A DNA stretch of 59,574 bases from Microcystaceae cyanobacterium. Its GTDB lineage: Bacteria > Cyanobacteriota > Cyanobacteriia > Cyanobacteriales > Microcystaceae. Below, piece by piece: positions 20,164-30,057 of this stretch; positions within the stretch are counted from its first letter, which is position 1, and each line of letters starts with the position of its first letter. The notes below the pieces were generated by a model. It saw nothing but the letters and a program-made list of their open reading frames with translations, was not told where the DNA came from and made no database searches. The translations under genes and the position numbers were made by a program. The DNA lies in NCBI GenBank assembly GCA_041746575.1, contig JBGTGT010000099.1, forward strand, positions 1 through 59,574. Reading direction: 5' to 3'.

Positions 20164-21711
20164 TCAGATAATTTGCTGAGTTTCCGTCTCAAAAACGGGT
20201 TCTTGATGATCTTCTTCTCCTTCATGGTGGTCAGCAAACGATCCTTTAGGTTCTTTTAAGATAAACCAACACAGAAAAGCAACAATTAAAGCAGCAATTC
20301 CCATAATTTGGAAGAACATCATATTTGATTGAGCAATAATAGCAGGAGAAGGATCTTTGCCACCGCCTAACCATTCGGGCAGTAAGCTGAAGATGGTTAA
20401 GTAGGCTACTGCCCCGACGTTACCATAAGCCCCTACATTTCCGGCAATTTGCCCCGTAACACGACGCTTAATCAGGGGAACAATTGCAAAAGTTGAACCT
20501 TCTCCCGCTTGGACGAAGAACGAACAAGCCATAGTTAACAGAATCGCCGCCGGTAAATACCAGCTACTATTGACAGTTCCTAATAATAAGTAGCCGATTC
20601 CCATGCAGAGAGTTAAGATAGCCATTGTATTTTTGCGACTGCCTAACTTATCCGAGATTAAGCCCCCCCCCGGACGAGCCATTAAATTCATGAAAGCATA
20701 GGTTGAAGCAATCATCCCTGCCGCCGCTTTAGAGAGCGTGAACGTTCCTTCAAAAAAAGCGGGAAGCATGGAAACAACGGCTAACTCTGAACCAAAATTG
20801 ACAACGTAGGTGAGTTCTAAGATGGCAACCTGAGAGAAATTATAACGGTCTTCGGCGGGATAACGTTTGCGTCCTAACATCAAGTCTTTATTCACCACCC
20901 AGCAATTCCACGCTTGGAAGAGATATAAGCCAACTAAACCAGCCCAGACTAAATACATGACGTTTATGTCGTATAATCCCACTTTGGTGAGTCGCCATGC
21001 CAATACCATCAAAATTCCGGTCAAAGGGACATTCATCAACATCAAGAACCAGAAATCCCGTTTTGTGGTCACTTCAATCCCTCTGGCACTGCGAGGACGT
21101 TGATAAACTTTACCGGGAGGGGTGTCTTGAACATTAAAGTAGTAGAGTATGCCGTAAAGAGCGGCAACAATTCCTGTACCAGCAATACAAGCACGCCAGT
21201 TTAAACCGCCGCCGCCAAAGGCTAAAAACGCGCCAATGGTGGGTAAAGTAAAAGCTGCTGCGGCTGAACCAAAGTTTCCCCAACCGCCATAAATTCCTTC
21301 AGCTAACCCAATTTCTTTGGGGGGAAACCATTCTGCAACCATACGGATACCAATCACAAATCCTGCACCCACAATACTCAGTAAAAGGCGAGAAATCACC
21401 AATTGACTGAAATTTTGGGCAGAAGCAAAAATAAGACAGGGAATCGCCGCATAGACTAACAGTAAAGTGTAGGTAATACGGGGACCGAAACGGTCTAAGA
21501 CCATACCAATGATAATTCGAGCAGGGACGGTTAGAGCGACGTTACAGATAGCGAGGGTTCTAATTTGACTGACTTCTAAGCCAAAATCTTCTTGCACCTG
21601 TGTTGCTAAAGGAGCAAGGTTAAACCAAACAACAAATGATAAAAAGAACGCAAACCAAGTCATGTGTAGGATCTTATAACGACCCCTAAATTGCCACATT
21701 TCTCCAAGCAT
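20164..21711 (-). CDS. nrtP: NarK/NrtP MFS nitrate/nitrite transporter
   Basis: LHMTWFAFF, nitrate signature GGWGNFG, ARPGGG and GAYGNVG motifs. Confidence 0.92.
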   Translation of the reverse strand: MLGEMWQFRGRYKILHMTWFAFFLSFVVWFNLAPLATQVQEDFGLEVSQIRTLAICNVALTVPARIIIGMVLDRFGPRITYTLLLVYAAIPCLIFASAQNFSQLVISRLLLSIVGAGFVIGIRMVAEWFPPKEIGLAEGIYGGWGNFGSAAAAFTLPTIGAFLAFGGGGLNWRACIAGTGIVAALYGILYYFNVQDTPPGKVYQRPRSARGIEVTTKRDFWFLMLMNVPLTGILMVLAWRLTKVGLYDINVMYLVWAGLVGLYLFQAWNCWVVNKDLMLGRKRYPAEDRYNFSQVAILELTYVVNFGSELAVVSMLPAFFEGTFTLSKAAAGMIASTYAFMNLMARPGGGLISDKLGSRKNTMAILTLCMGIGYLLLGTVNSSWYLPAAILLTMACSFFVQAGEGSTFAIVPLIKRRVTGQIAGNVGAYGNVGAVAYLTIFSLLPEWLGGGKDPSPAIIAQSNMMFFQIMGIAALIVAFLCWFILKEPKGSFADHHEGEEDHQEPVFETETQQII

Positions 21712-22053
21712 TATTGACCTTCCTTATAAGGTAGAAAACAAAAATTAATGACAAGAATTCTAGTAATAGATTCTGCATTGTCAAGTTAACTCATGAATGA
21801 AATCATTGTAGAATTAAAGACTACTTGGCTTTTTCTAAACAAAGTATTTATCTTTTTTCATTCACAAGTAAAGGTGAGAAATAGATGAAAATGAATTCAT
21901 TGACAATAATTTAATTATTATTGTTGTCTTCATCTCACTAAAGAATATTCGTCCTCTAGAACGTTACGTCACTTAGGCATAGATAGTAATTTTAAGAAAT
22001 AAGTATTAGTGAACAGTTCTAGTTAACAATCCCATTCTTTTTTTGAATATTTC

Positions 22054-22067
22054 GTATCTTTCGTTAC
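22054..22067 (-). promoter_or_regulatory. NtcA box upstream of nrtP
   Basis: Perfect GTA-N8-TAC (GTATCTTTCGTTAC) with AT-rich flanks. Confidence 0.8.
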
Positions 22068-22171
22068 AAAAATTAAAATTTTATGCACTTAAAACATAAT
22101 AATAATTCTTTTCTTGCATCAATATTAGCGATCACCACTTTCCTTAAATTCTGTCAGAAAAAAAATTTAAA

Positions 22172-22190
22172 GGCGCAACGCTTGCGCCCC
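22172..22190. repeat. REP-like palindrome GGCGCAA-N3-TTGCGCC, possibly the nrtABCD terminator
   Basis: Hairpin just after the nrtD stop, followed by a T-tract on the minus strand; related copy at 58137-58155. Confidence 0.5.
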
Positions 22191-22206
22191 GACAAGAATT
22201 AATAGA

Positions 22207-23211
22207 TTACTGTCCTTGTAATTGCCGTTCCGTATTTTGAGGCGAATGGGGCAATTTTTGCGTAAAATTTTGGACTAAGGCAAAACCAGCGATCGCAATG
22301 GCGGCCACAACTCCTAGAGCAATTCCCCATTTTAAGCCTAAATTGGGCTTAGATTCGTTCATTTCTGCTCCTTCAGTCGGCTCTTCTGAATGCGCATAAC
22401 GATGAAATAAGAAATCTAAAGCGTAGTTCCGCAATTCATAATATTTGGGATCTTCAATGATTCGAGCGCGATTACGGGGACGAGAAAAAGGAATATCGAG
22501 AATTTCGCCAATTTTAGCCCTTGGACCATTGGTCATCATCACCAATCTATCCGCTAAAAATAACGCCTCATCAATGTCGTGGGTAATCATCATAATCGTT
22601 AAGCGATGTTCGCGCCAAATCGTCAATAATTCCTCTTGTAATTCCTCTTTCGTAATCGCATCTAATGCCCCAAACGGTTCATCTAAAATTAACACTTGAG
22701 GACGAATCGCTAAAGCGCGGGCAATAGCCACTCTTTGCTTCATTCCTCCTGATAATTGAGCCGGTTTTTTTTGGGCGGCTTCTGTTAAGCCAACCATGGC
22801 TAAATGTTCGTTAACAATTGTTGTTTTTTCTTCTTTTGATTTATTAGGGTAAACGGAATTAACGGCAATATAAACGTTGTCAAAGGCGGTTTTCCAAGGT
22901 AATAAGCAATAGTTTTGGAAAACCATCATGCGATCAGGTCCGGGTTCGGTAATTTCTTGATCTTGTAATTTTACTTGTCCACTGCTGGGTGTATTAAACC
23001 CTGATACCATATTCAAAAGGGTGGATTTGCCACAACCAGAGTGACCAATAACACAGACAAATTCCCCTTCATGAACGGTTAAATCTACACCATCTAAAAC
23101 AGTATAATCTCCATTCGGAGTGGCATAAATCTTAGAAACATCTTTAATCGTTAAAAAAGGAGTTTTTTGTTCTAAGGTAGAAGATTGTTCGCTGGAGTTC
23201 ATTACTTGCAT
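22207..23211 (-). CDS. nrtD: Nitrate ABC transporter ATP-binding protein NrtD
   Basis: [15 protein letters not shown] and LDEPFGALD motifs; operon position; hydrophobic C-terminal tail. Confidence 0.92.
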   Translation of the reverse strand: MQVMNSSEQSSTLEQKTPFLTIKDVSKIYATPNGDYTVLDGVDLTVHEGEFVCVIGHSGCGKSTLLNMVSGFNTPSSGQVKLQDQEITEPGPDRMMVFQNYCLLPWKTAFDNVYIAVNSVYPNKSKEEKTTIVNEHLAMVGLTEAAQKKPAQLSGGMKQRVAIARALAIRPQVLILDEPFGALDAITKEELQEELLTIWREHRLTIMMITHDIDEALFLADRLVMMTNGPRAKIGEILDIPFSRPRNRARIIEDPKYYELRNYALDFLFHRYAHSEEPTEGAEMNESKPNLGLKWGIALGVVAAIAIAGFALVQNFTQKLPHSPQNTERQLQGQ

Positions 23212-23367
23212 AGATTTTAGGGATAAGGTTTTAGAGATGAAGTTTTATCATTCTTATCGCAATACATTCGAGGGCTGATAGCCTGAGGTTTATTAAAACG
23301 GATGGGAAATCAAGCTTTAATCTTAGTCATCTTTAGATAACTTTGGCTGTTAGCCTTGAACTTAAGT

Positions 23368-25359
23368 TCAGATTTTTTGATCAATGAGAATTTCTGACAC
23401 TTTAAAATCACGACAAATCGAAAGACGCTTGAGATAGCCGACTGGATCATCGGGATTAAAGATCATTTTGTCAAATAATTGGAAATTCTGACGATCAGGT
23501 TCAATATCTGGCCAACCTAAAGATCGACAGGCTTCTCCATATAAATCGGGACGACGAACCCGTTCCAGAATTTCTACCCAGTTACGGGGAAACGGTGTAT
23601 AACCCCAGCGCGCTAACTGAGTTAAAATCCATAAACCCTCGACCCGTCCCGGACAGTTACTTTGATCGACATGGAATTGGTTAAAAGAGGGTAAATATTG
23701 CGGTTCTCCGGTTCCCTTATTATAGGGATCAAGGAAGCCTGGCCGAGTATATTCAGGAAGTGAACCCACGTACTCAGGACGGCAAAGCATTCCTAGAATT
23801 TCTTCCCGATTTCGACGATCATCGCAGTATTCACAGGCTTTTAACAAAGCTTTCACCAAGGCAATATGAGTTTGGGGATACTTTTCAACCCAATCTTCCC
23901 GAACGCCTAAGACTTTTTCGGGATGGCTTGGCCAAATATCTAGATCTGTGGCAATAACATAGCCTAAGTCTTCATAAACAGCACGAGAATTCCAAGGCTC
24001 TCCCACACAATAGCCGTCAATATTCCCTGCTTTTAGATTCGCTACCATTTGCGGAGGAGGAATCACCGTTAATGCCACATCTTGATCCGGATCAATTGCC
24101 CCTGATGCTAACCAGTAACGTAGGAGTAAATTGTGCATAGAAGCAGGATGTACCATGCCGAAGGTGTGTACCTTATCTGGTGTTGCAGAAAGAGCTAATT
24201 TTAAGTCTTTGAGAGTTTCAACCCCCATTTCTTGAAATTTATTGCTGAGAGTAATGGCGTTACCATTGCGACTCAATACAAGGGCAGTAATCACAGGAAT
24301 CGGCATTTTGCCTCCTGCGCCAATCGTCATGCTTAAGGGCATTCCTGCCACCATTTGCGCCCCATCTAAGCGACCATCCGCCACCCCTCTGGCAATTTCT
24401 TTCCAAGACGGTTCTCTGCTTAGGGTGATATTTTCCAATCCTTCTTCGGCAAAAAAGCCTTTTTCTTTAGCCACAATTAAAGGCGCACAGTCGGTTAAAG
24501 GAATAAAACCAAGATTGAGGTTTATTTTCTCCAGCCCATGACGCGAAATAATCACTTCTGGCACATTGCCCACTCTTTTTGACCGTTTTTGCTGATTGAG
24601 AAAATAGACCATCTCATTGCGGAGAACGTAGTAACTAGGATGGTTTACTACCTCCAAACGGTGACGGGGACGAGGAATCGGAACGTCTAACACTTGACCG
24701 ATATGGGCTTCTGGTCCTGTGGTCAACATCACCACTCGATCTGAGAGTAAGAGGGCTTCGTCAACATCATGCGTAACCATGATACAGGTGACATGGTTTT
24801 CCTGCACAATATCCATTAATTTCTCTTGTAAATTGCCTCTGGTGAGGGCATCTAATGCGCCGAAGGGTTCATCTAAGAGTAAGACTTTGGGACGAATCGA
24901 AAGAGCGCGGGCGATCGCTACTCGTTGCTTCATGCCTCCAGAAAGTTGACCGGGGTATTTATAGGCGGCGTGTTTTAAACCGACTAAATTGATATGATGG
25001 TTGACAATTTCTTGGCGTTCTTTTTTAGGAAGATGACGCAGGACACGGTTAACGGCTAAGGCAATATTTTGGCGAACGGTTAGCCAAGGAAGCAGGGAAT
25101 AATTTTGGAAAACGACCATGCGATCTGGCCCCGGTTCGGTGACTTCTTTTCCTTCGAGAACAACCCCTCCGTGAGTGGCTTGGGTTAACCCTGCAACAAT
25201 ATTTAATAGAGTAGATTTTCCACAACCGGAATGGCCAATTAACGAAATGAATTCTCCTTGATTAATTTTAATTTCAATATTTTTTAGAGCAATATAGCGA
25301 TCGCCATTAAGAAGGGGAAATATTTTATCAACGTGATCAATTTCAATGAATGAAGACAT
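23368..25359 (-). CDS. nrtC: Nitrate ABC transporter ATP-binding protein NrtC with C-terminal NrtA-like regulatory domain
   Basis: ABC domain fused to a [11 protein letters not shown]...HPEK substrate-binding-like domain. Confidence 0.93.
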   Translation of the reverse strand: MSSFIEIDHVDKIFPLLNGDRYIALKNIEIKINQGEFISLIGHSGCGKSTLLNIVAGLTQATHGGVVLEGKEVTEPGPDRMVVFQNYSLLPWLTVRQNIALAVNRVLRHLPKKERQEIVNHHINLVGLKHAAYKYPGQLSGGMKQRVAIARALSIRPKVLLLDEPFGALDALTRGNLQEKLMDIVQENHVTCIMVTHDVDEALLLSDRVVMLTTGPEAHIGQVLDVPIPRPRHRLEVVNHPSYYVLRNEMVYFLNQQKRSKRVGNVPEVIISRHGLEKINLNLGFIPLTDCAPLIVAKEKGFFAEEGLENITLSREPSWKEIARGVADGRLDGAQMVAGMPLSMTIGAGGKMPIPVITALVLSRNGNAITLSNKFQEMGVETLKDLKLALSATPDKVHTFGMVHPASMHNLLLRYWLASGAIDPDQDVALTVIPPPQMVANLKAGNIDGYCVGEPWNSRAVYEDLGYVIATDLDIWPSHPEKVLGVREDWVEKYPQTHIALVKALLKACEYCDDRRNREEILGMLCRPEYVGSLPEYTRPGFLDPYNKGTGEPQYLPSFNQFHVDQSNCPGRVEGLWILTQLARWGYTPFPRNWVEILERVRRPDLYGEACRSLGWPDIEPDRQNFQLFDKMIFNPDDPVGYLKRLSICRDFKVSEILIDQKI

Positions 25360-25456
25360 AGGTTTAGTTAGTAGTTAATAGTTAATAAAGAATGGGAAGG
25401 TAATAGCAAGCTGCGTAAAAACTGATCCCTAAAACTTTGTACCTCACACCTAACTT

Positions 25457-26287
25457 TTATTTTTGTTCAGCAGGAACAACAAGGCTACCGAGAAAAGCCA
25501 CTAATCTATCTAATAGCAAACCAACGACGCCAACATAGATTAATGCTATGATAATTTCACTGAGTCTAGAACTGTTGTAAGAGTCCCAAATAAAGAAGCC
25601 GATGCCTACCCCTCCTACTAACATTTCTGCCGCAACAATAGCAAGCCAAGATAACCCAATACCGATTCTTAAACCCGTGAAGATGTAAGGCACTGCCGAG
25701 GGAAAAAGAATATTAAAGAAATACTCAAATTTTGATAGTTTCAAAACACGAGAAACGTTACGATAATCTTGAGGAATTTGTTGTACTCCTACCGTTGTAT
25801 TAATAATAATCGGCCAAATTGCGGTGATAAAAATGACGAAAATAGCTGAGGGCTCACTTTCTCTTAAAGCGGCCAAAGAAAGGGGAAGCCAAGCTAAAGG
25901 CGGAATTGTTCTTAAAACCTGAAAAATGGGGTCTAATGCGCTATACATTACCCGATTAACACCAATTAATATTCCTAAAGCAATGCCTACAATTGCCGAT
26001 AAAGAAAATCCAATGGCTACGCGACCTAAGCTCGCCAAAATTTGTAATCCTAGTCCTTTGTCTGTTCCTCCGTTATCAAAAAAAGGATCAATGATTAAAG
26101 GATCCCAAGTTTCTTTAAGCACTGCTAAAGGACTGGGTAAATTCGGATTTTCTCCAGAACAGAGAATTTGCCAAATGGTTAATAAAACGATTAAGGCAAT
26201 GATGGGAGGAACAAGTTTGGTGACGACTTGGGTTTTTAGAATATTATTGCGACGTTTTTTGTGAGAGGGGATAACATCAGTAGCCAT
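25457..26287 (-). CDS. nrtB: Nitrate ABC transporter permease NrtB
   Basis: DPFFDNGGTDKGLG, PPLAWLP and IVAAEM motifs. Confidence 0.93.
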   Translation of the reverse strand: MATDVIPSHKKRRNNILKTQVVTKLVPPIIALIVLLTIWQILCSGENPNLPSPLAVLKETWDPLIIDPFFDNGGTDKGLGLQILASLGRVAIGFSLSAIVGIALGILIGVNRVMYSALDPIFQVLRTIPPLAWLPLSLAALRESEPSAIFVIFITAIWPIIINTTVGVQQIPQDYRNVSRVLKLSKFEYFFNILFPSAVPYIFTGLRIGIGLSWLAIVAAEMLVGGVGIGFFIWDSYNSSRLSEIIIALIYVGVVGLLLDRLVAFLGSLVVPAEQK

Positions 26288-26344
26288 AATAAATTCCTGT
26301 CAAAAATAAAAGGGTTTACGATTAAATCAGAAATATCAAGAATT

Positions 26345-26387
26345 GACAATAATTCTACATCTTGTAAAAAAATTGAGAATTATTGTC
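26345..26387. other. Intercistronic inverted repeat between nrtA and nrtB
   Basis: Perfect 12-bp arms GACAATAATTCT (26345) and AGAATTATTGTC (26376). Confidence 0.6.
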
Positions 26388-26401
26388 TGTCTATTCATCA
26401 A

Positions 26402-27733
26402 TTAGGCTTTAATAGACTTAATTTTCAAACTATCTAAATAAGCTTGGGGGTTTTCCGGATCAAATTGGACTCCATCAAAGAACGTTTCAACGCCACGAGA
26501 GGTGCTAGCGGGAATTTGTTCTGCGGGTACACCTAACGATTGAGCGGCTTCTCTCCATAAATCTTCGCGATTGACTTGATCGACTAAAGCCTTGGCATCG
26601 GTACTACTGGGTAAATAGCCCCAGCGAATATCTTCAGTAATAAACCATAAATCATGGCTCTTATAAGGATAGGACGCATAATCAGCCCAATATTTTAAAA
26701 TCTCAGGACTATTTTCAACCACACGCCCATCACCATAATCAAACTTTCCTTTTGCTCGATCAACCACATCGGCTGGATCAACTTTAATCCATTCCCGTTT
26801 AGAAATAATCTGAGCCATTTCTTCTTTATTTTCTGGCTTACTACACCATTGTTGAGCTTCTAAAACCGCCATTAATAGGGCTTTAGCGGCTTTGGGATTT
26901 TGATCAACCCAATCAGCCCGCAAGGCAAATGCTTTTTCTGGATGATTGTGCCAAAGTTCTCCGGTTGTTAAGCCTGTATAACCAATCCCTTGACTAATTA
27001 ATTGTTTATTCCAGGGTTCACACACGCAAAATGCTTCCATGTTACCCACTTTCATGTTGGCAACCATCTGGGCTGGCGGCACAACAATTAAGGAAATATC
27101 TTTATCTGGATTAATGCCTCCGGCGGCTAACCAATAGCGAATCCATAAATCATGAGTTCCGCCTGGAAAAGTCATCGCAAATTTTAAATCTTTGCTATCT
27201 TTTCCTTTTTGGGCAAACCCTTGTTTGAGGGGACTACTATCTAGGGCAACTTTAAAGTCTTTATAGTCATTGGCAACAGAAATACATTGTCCATTCGTAT
27301 TCAATCTTGCCAAAATATACATAGGAACTTTATTGCCTTGGGTCACCGCCCCTGTCGTAATGAGATAGGGCATCGGGGTAAGAATATGTCCTCCGTCGAT
27401 ACCTCCTCCTTCAGAACCCAGAACAATATTATCGCGGGTTGTTCCCCAAGAAGCTTGTTTGAGAACTTCTACCCCTGTCATGCCATATTTATCAAAGAGG
27501 CCTTTTTCTTTGGCAATAAATAAAGGCGCAGCGTCAGTTAGGGCGATAAACCCAAGTTTAGCCGTTGTCACCTCAGGTGTATCCCCTGCGGTGGTAGTTG
27601 GTGAGGTGGCTACATTAGGAGACGGCGTCGTTGTGGCTTGTTCATTGCTTCCACCACATCCATGAAGAATAAGCGTACCGGCGGCAGTGGATCCAACAGT
27701 TAATATAAATTTACGTCTTGATAGTTTTGCCAT
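26402..27733 (-). CDS. nrtA: Nitrate/nitrite ABC transporter substrate-binding lipoprotein NrtA
   Basis: SRRKF signal, LHGC lipobox, GGTHDLW and HPEK (Lys as in NrtA, not HPEE as in CmpA). Confidence 0.92.
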   Translation of the reverse strand: MAKLSRRKFILTVGSTAAGTLILHGCGGSNEQATTTPSPNVATSPTTTAGDTPEVTTAKLGFIALTDAAPLFIAKEKGLFDKYGMTGVEVLKQASWGTTRDNIVLGSEGGGIDGGHILTPMPYLITTGAVTQGNKVPMYILARLNTNGQCISVANDYKDFKVALDSSPLKQGFAQKGKDSKDLKFAMTFPGGTHDLWIRYWLAAGGINPDKDISLIVVPPAQMVANMKVGNMEAFCVCEPWNKQLISQGIGYTGLTTGELWHNHPEKAFALRADWVDQNPKAAKALLMAVLEAQQWCSKPENKEEMAQIISKREWIKVDPADVVDRAKGKFDYGDGRVVENSPEILKYWADYASYPYKSHDLWFITEDIRWGYLPSSTDAKALVDQVNREDLWREAAQSLGVPAEQIPASTSRGVETFFDGVQFDPENPQAYLDSLKIKSIKA

Positions 27734-27869
27734 ACGTTTAAAGTGACAGATTTTTGAGTGAAAGGGTTAAAGTTGCCACCTTGAGCCTGAAAGGTTTCGG
27801 GAATGGCGTTAATTTCTGTGATTTTTATAGGTGATGATTATTTATACGAGTTTTAATCGGTTTAAATTT

Positions 27870-27883
27870 GTAGCTTACGTAAC
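27870..27883 (-). promoter_or_regulatory. NtcA box upstream of nrtA
   Basis: GTAGCTTACGTAAC (one mismatch to GTA-N8-TAC); TATAAA lies 23 nt downstream on the minus strand. Confidence 0.7.
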
Positions 27884-28051
27884 AAAACTTTAATTTTTTT
27901 TGCAGAAATATTAATCTATTGATGCCATAATTGCATCTTGGCTCACTGCTCATCTGGGTAGAGCCTTTCGTCTAGCGATTGTAAAGGATCATCGGTTAAA
28001 TTGCTAAACTGGTTACTAATGATTAATGAATTACGGGTTACTAAATTACTT

Positions 28052-29953
28052 ATGCCTAAAATTGCCTCTTATGGTTGTTGGAAATCGCCTATGACTTCAG
28101 ATTTAATTGTTGCTGAAACCATTGGAATTAGTAGTATTGTCGTTGACAATAACGCGATTTATTGGTTGGAAGGAAGACCCCAAGAAAAAGGCAGAAATGT
28201 TTTGGTTCAATGGACTTCAGATGGACAAACTATGGATATTACTCCTCAACCTTTTAATGTGCGGACTCGTGTGCATGAGTATGGAGGAGGCGCGTATTTA
28301 ATTGCCCATGAAACAGTCTATTTTGTTAATTTCGGTGACCAACGAGTTTATCAACAAAAACGAAACTCTTACCCTGAACCTTTAACGCCAGAAAATCAAT
28401 ATTATTATGCTGATTTTATTTTAGACTCTCAAAATAATCGCTTAATTTGTGTTGCTGAAGATCATGGTTTGTCTGATCATGAACCTGAAAACAAAATCGT
28501 TAGTGTTAATTTAGCCACTGGCGAAGTGAATACTCTTGTTTCGGGTCATGATTTTTATAGTTTTCCCCGTTTAAATCCAGATGGCACGATTTTAGCATGG
28601 ATCGCATGGAATCATCCGAATATGCCTTGGGACGAAACAGAACTGTACCAAGCACCCCTTAATTCTGAGGGTTTATTAGGAGAAAAACAATTTGTTGCAG
28701 GGAAAAAAAATGAGTCTATTGCCGAAATTAAGTGGTCGCCAAACGGTGTTTTAACTTTCTCTAGCGATCGCAATAACTGGTGGAATCTCTATCAACATAA
28801 AGATGGAGTTCAATTATTATTAGAAAAAGAAGCAGAGTTTGCCTATCCTCATTGGATTTTTGGCTTATCAACCTTTGCTTTTGCTGATGAAAATACCCTC
28901 GTTTGTACGTATACTCAACACGGAAGATGGTATTTAGGCAGTCTGGATATTCCCACCGGTCAACTCACCCCCTTTAATCTGCCTTATACTAACATTTCAT
29001 CGCTAAAAGTAAGAGAAAATCAAGCTTTTTTCTTAGGCAGTTCACCTACAGAAGCCAATGCTATTATTCAGTTTGATTTAGCAACGCAAGAAACGACGAT
29101 TCTTAAACAAGCTACGTCCCTAAAAATGGACGAGGGTTATCTTTCTATTCCCGAATTTATCGAATTTCCGACAGAAAACGGATTAACCGCTTATGCGTGG
29201 TATTATCCTCCCAAAAATAAAGATTATATTGCCCCAGAAAACGAATTACCTCCTCTATTAGTAAAAAGTCATGGAGGACCGACTGCCGCTACCTATCCCA
29301 GTTTTAGCTTAAGTGTACAATACTGGACAAGTCGAGGCTTTGGTTATTTAACGGTAAATTATGGTGGAAGTACAGGGTTTGGTCGAAATTATCGGCAAAG
29401 ACTCCAAAAAAATTGGGGAATTGTCGATGTAGCTGACTGTATTAACGGGGCAAAATATCTCGTTCAACAACAAAAAGTTGACGGCAAAAAATTAGCCATT
29501 TCAGGCGGAAGTGCAGGCGGTTATACGACCTTAGCGGCTTTAACGTTTTATGATACTTTTAAAGCGGGAGCCAGTTATTATGGCGTAAGTGATTTAGAAG
29601 CTTTAGCCACCGATACTCATAAATTTGAAGCTCGTTATTTAGACGGATTAATTGGTAAATATCCCGAAGAAAAAGAGATTTATTATCAGCGATCGCCTAT
29701 TCATTTTACTGATCAATTATCTTGCCCAATTATCTTTTTTCAAGGGTTAGAAGATAAAGTTGTTCCCCCTAATCAAACAGAAAAAATGGTAGAAGCAATG
29801 AAACAAAAAGGCATTCCTGTTGAATATGTGCCTTTTGAAAAAGAACAACATGGTTTTCGTCAAGCGAACAATATCAAGCAAGCTTTAGAGCGAGAATTTA
29901 GCTTTTATGCTCGTATTTTTGGCTTTGATACGGTCGATCAATCCGTTTCTTAA
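28052..29953 (+). CDS. S9 family (prolyl oligopeptidase/acylaminoacyl) peptidase
   Basis: YGCWKSP start; HGGPT, GGSAGG nucleophile, EDKVV and EQHGF triad motifs. Confidence 0.92.
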   Translation: MPKIASYGCWKSPMTSDLIVAETIGISSIVVDNNAIYWLEGRPQEKGRNVLVQWTSDGQTMDITPQPFNVRTRVHEYGGGAYLIAHETVYFVNFGDQRVYQQKRNSYPEPLTPENQYYYADFILDSQNNRLICVAEDHGLSDHEPENKIVSVNLATGEVNTLVSGHDFYSFPRLNPDGTILAWIAWNHPNMPWDETELYQAPLNSEGLLGEKQFVAGKKNESIAEIKWSPNGVLTFSSDRNNWWNLYQHKDGVQLLLEKEAEFAYPHWIFGLSTFAFADENTLVCTYTQHGRWYLGSLDIPTGQLTPFNLPYTNISSLKVRENQAFFLGSSPTEANAIIQFDLATQETTILKQATSLKMDEGYLSIPEFIEFPTENGLTAYAWYYPPKNKDYIAPENELPPLLVKSHGGPTAATYPSFSLSVQYWTSRGFGYLTVNYGGSTGFGRNYRQRLQKNWGIVDVADCINGAKYLVQQQKVDGKKLAISGGSAGGYTTLAALTFYDTFKAGASYYGVSDLEALATDTHKFEARYLDGLIGKYPEEKEIYYQRSPIHFTDQLSCPIIFFQGLEDKVVPPNQTEKMVEAMKQKGIPVEYVPFEKEQHGFRQANNIKQALEREFSFYARIFGFDTVDQSVS

Positions 29954-30057
29954 GTGGCAAAAATAACAAAACGTGAATTCTTTGCGTTTTTAACTCAAAA
30001 TAGCCATTGCGCACGCTAAACTAATCATTGAAGTTGTCATCAAAGGTAATTTTACCC

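Noticed and set aside
22207..27733. Could be the cmpABCD bicarbonate transporter, given the nearby LysR gene
   Set aside because: The binding protein has HPEK rather than HPEE, an NtcA box lies upstream and nrtP is adjacent
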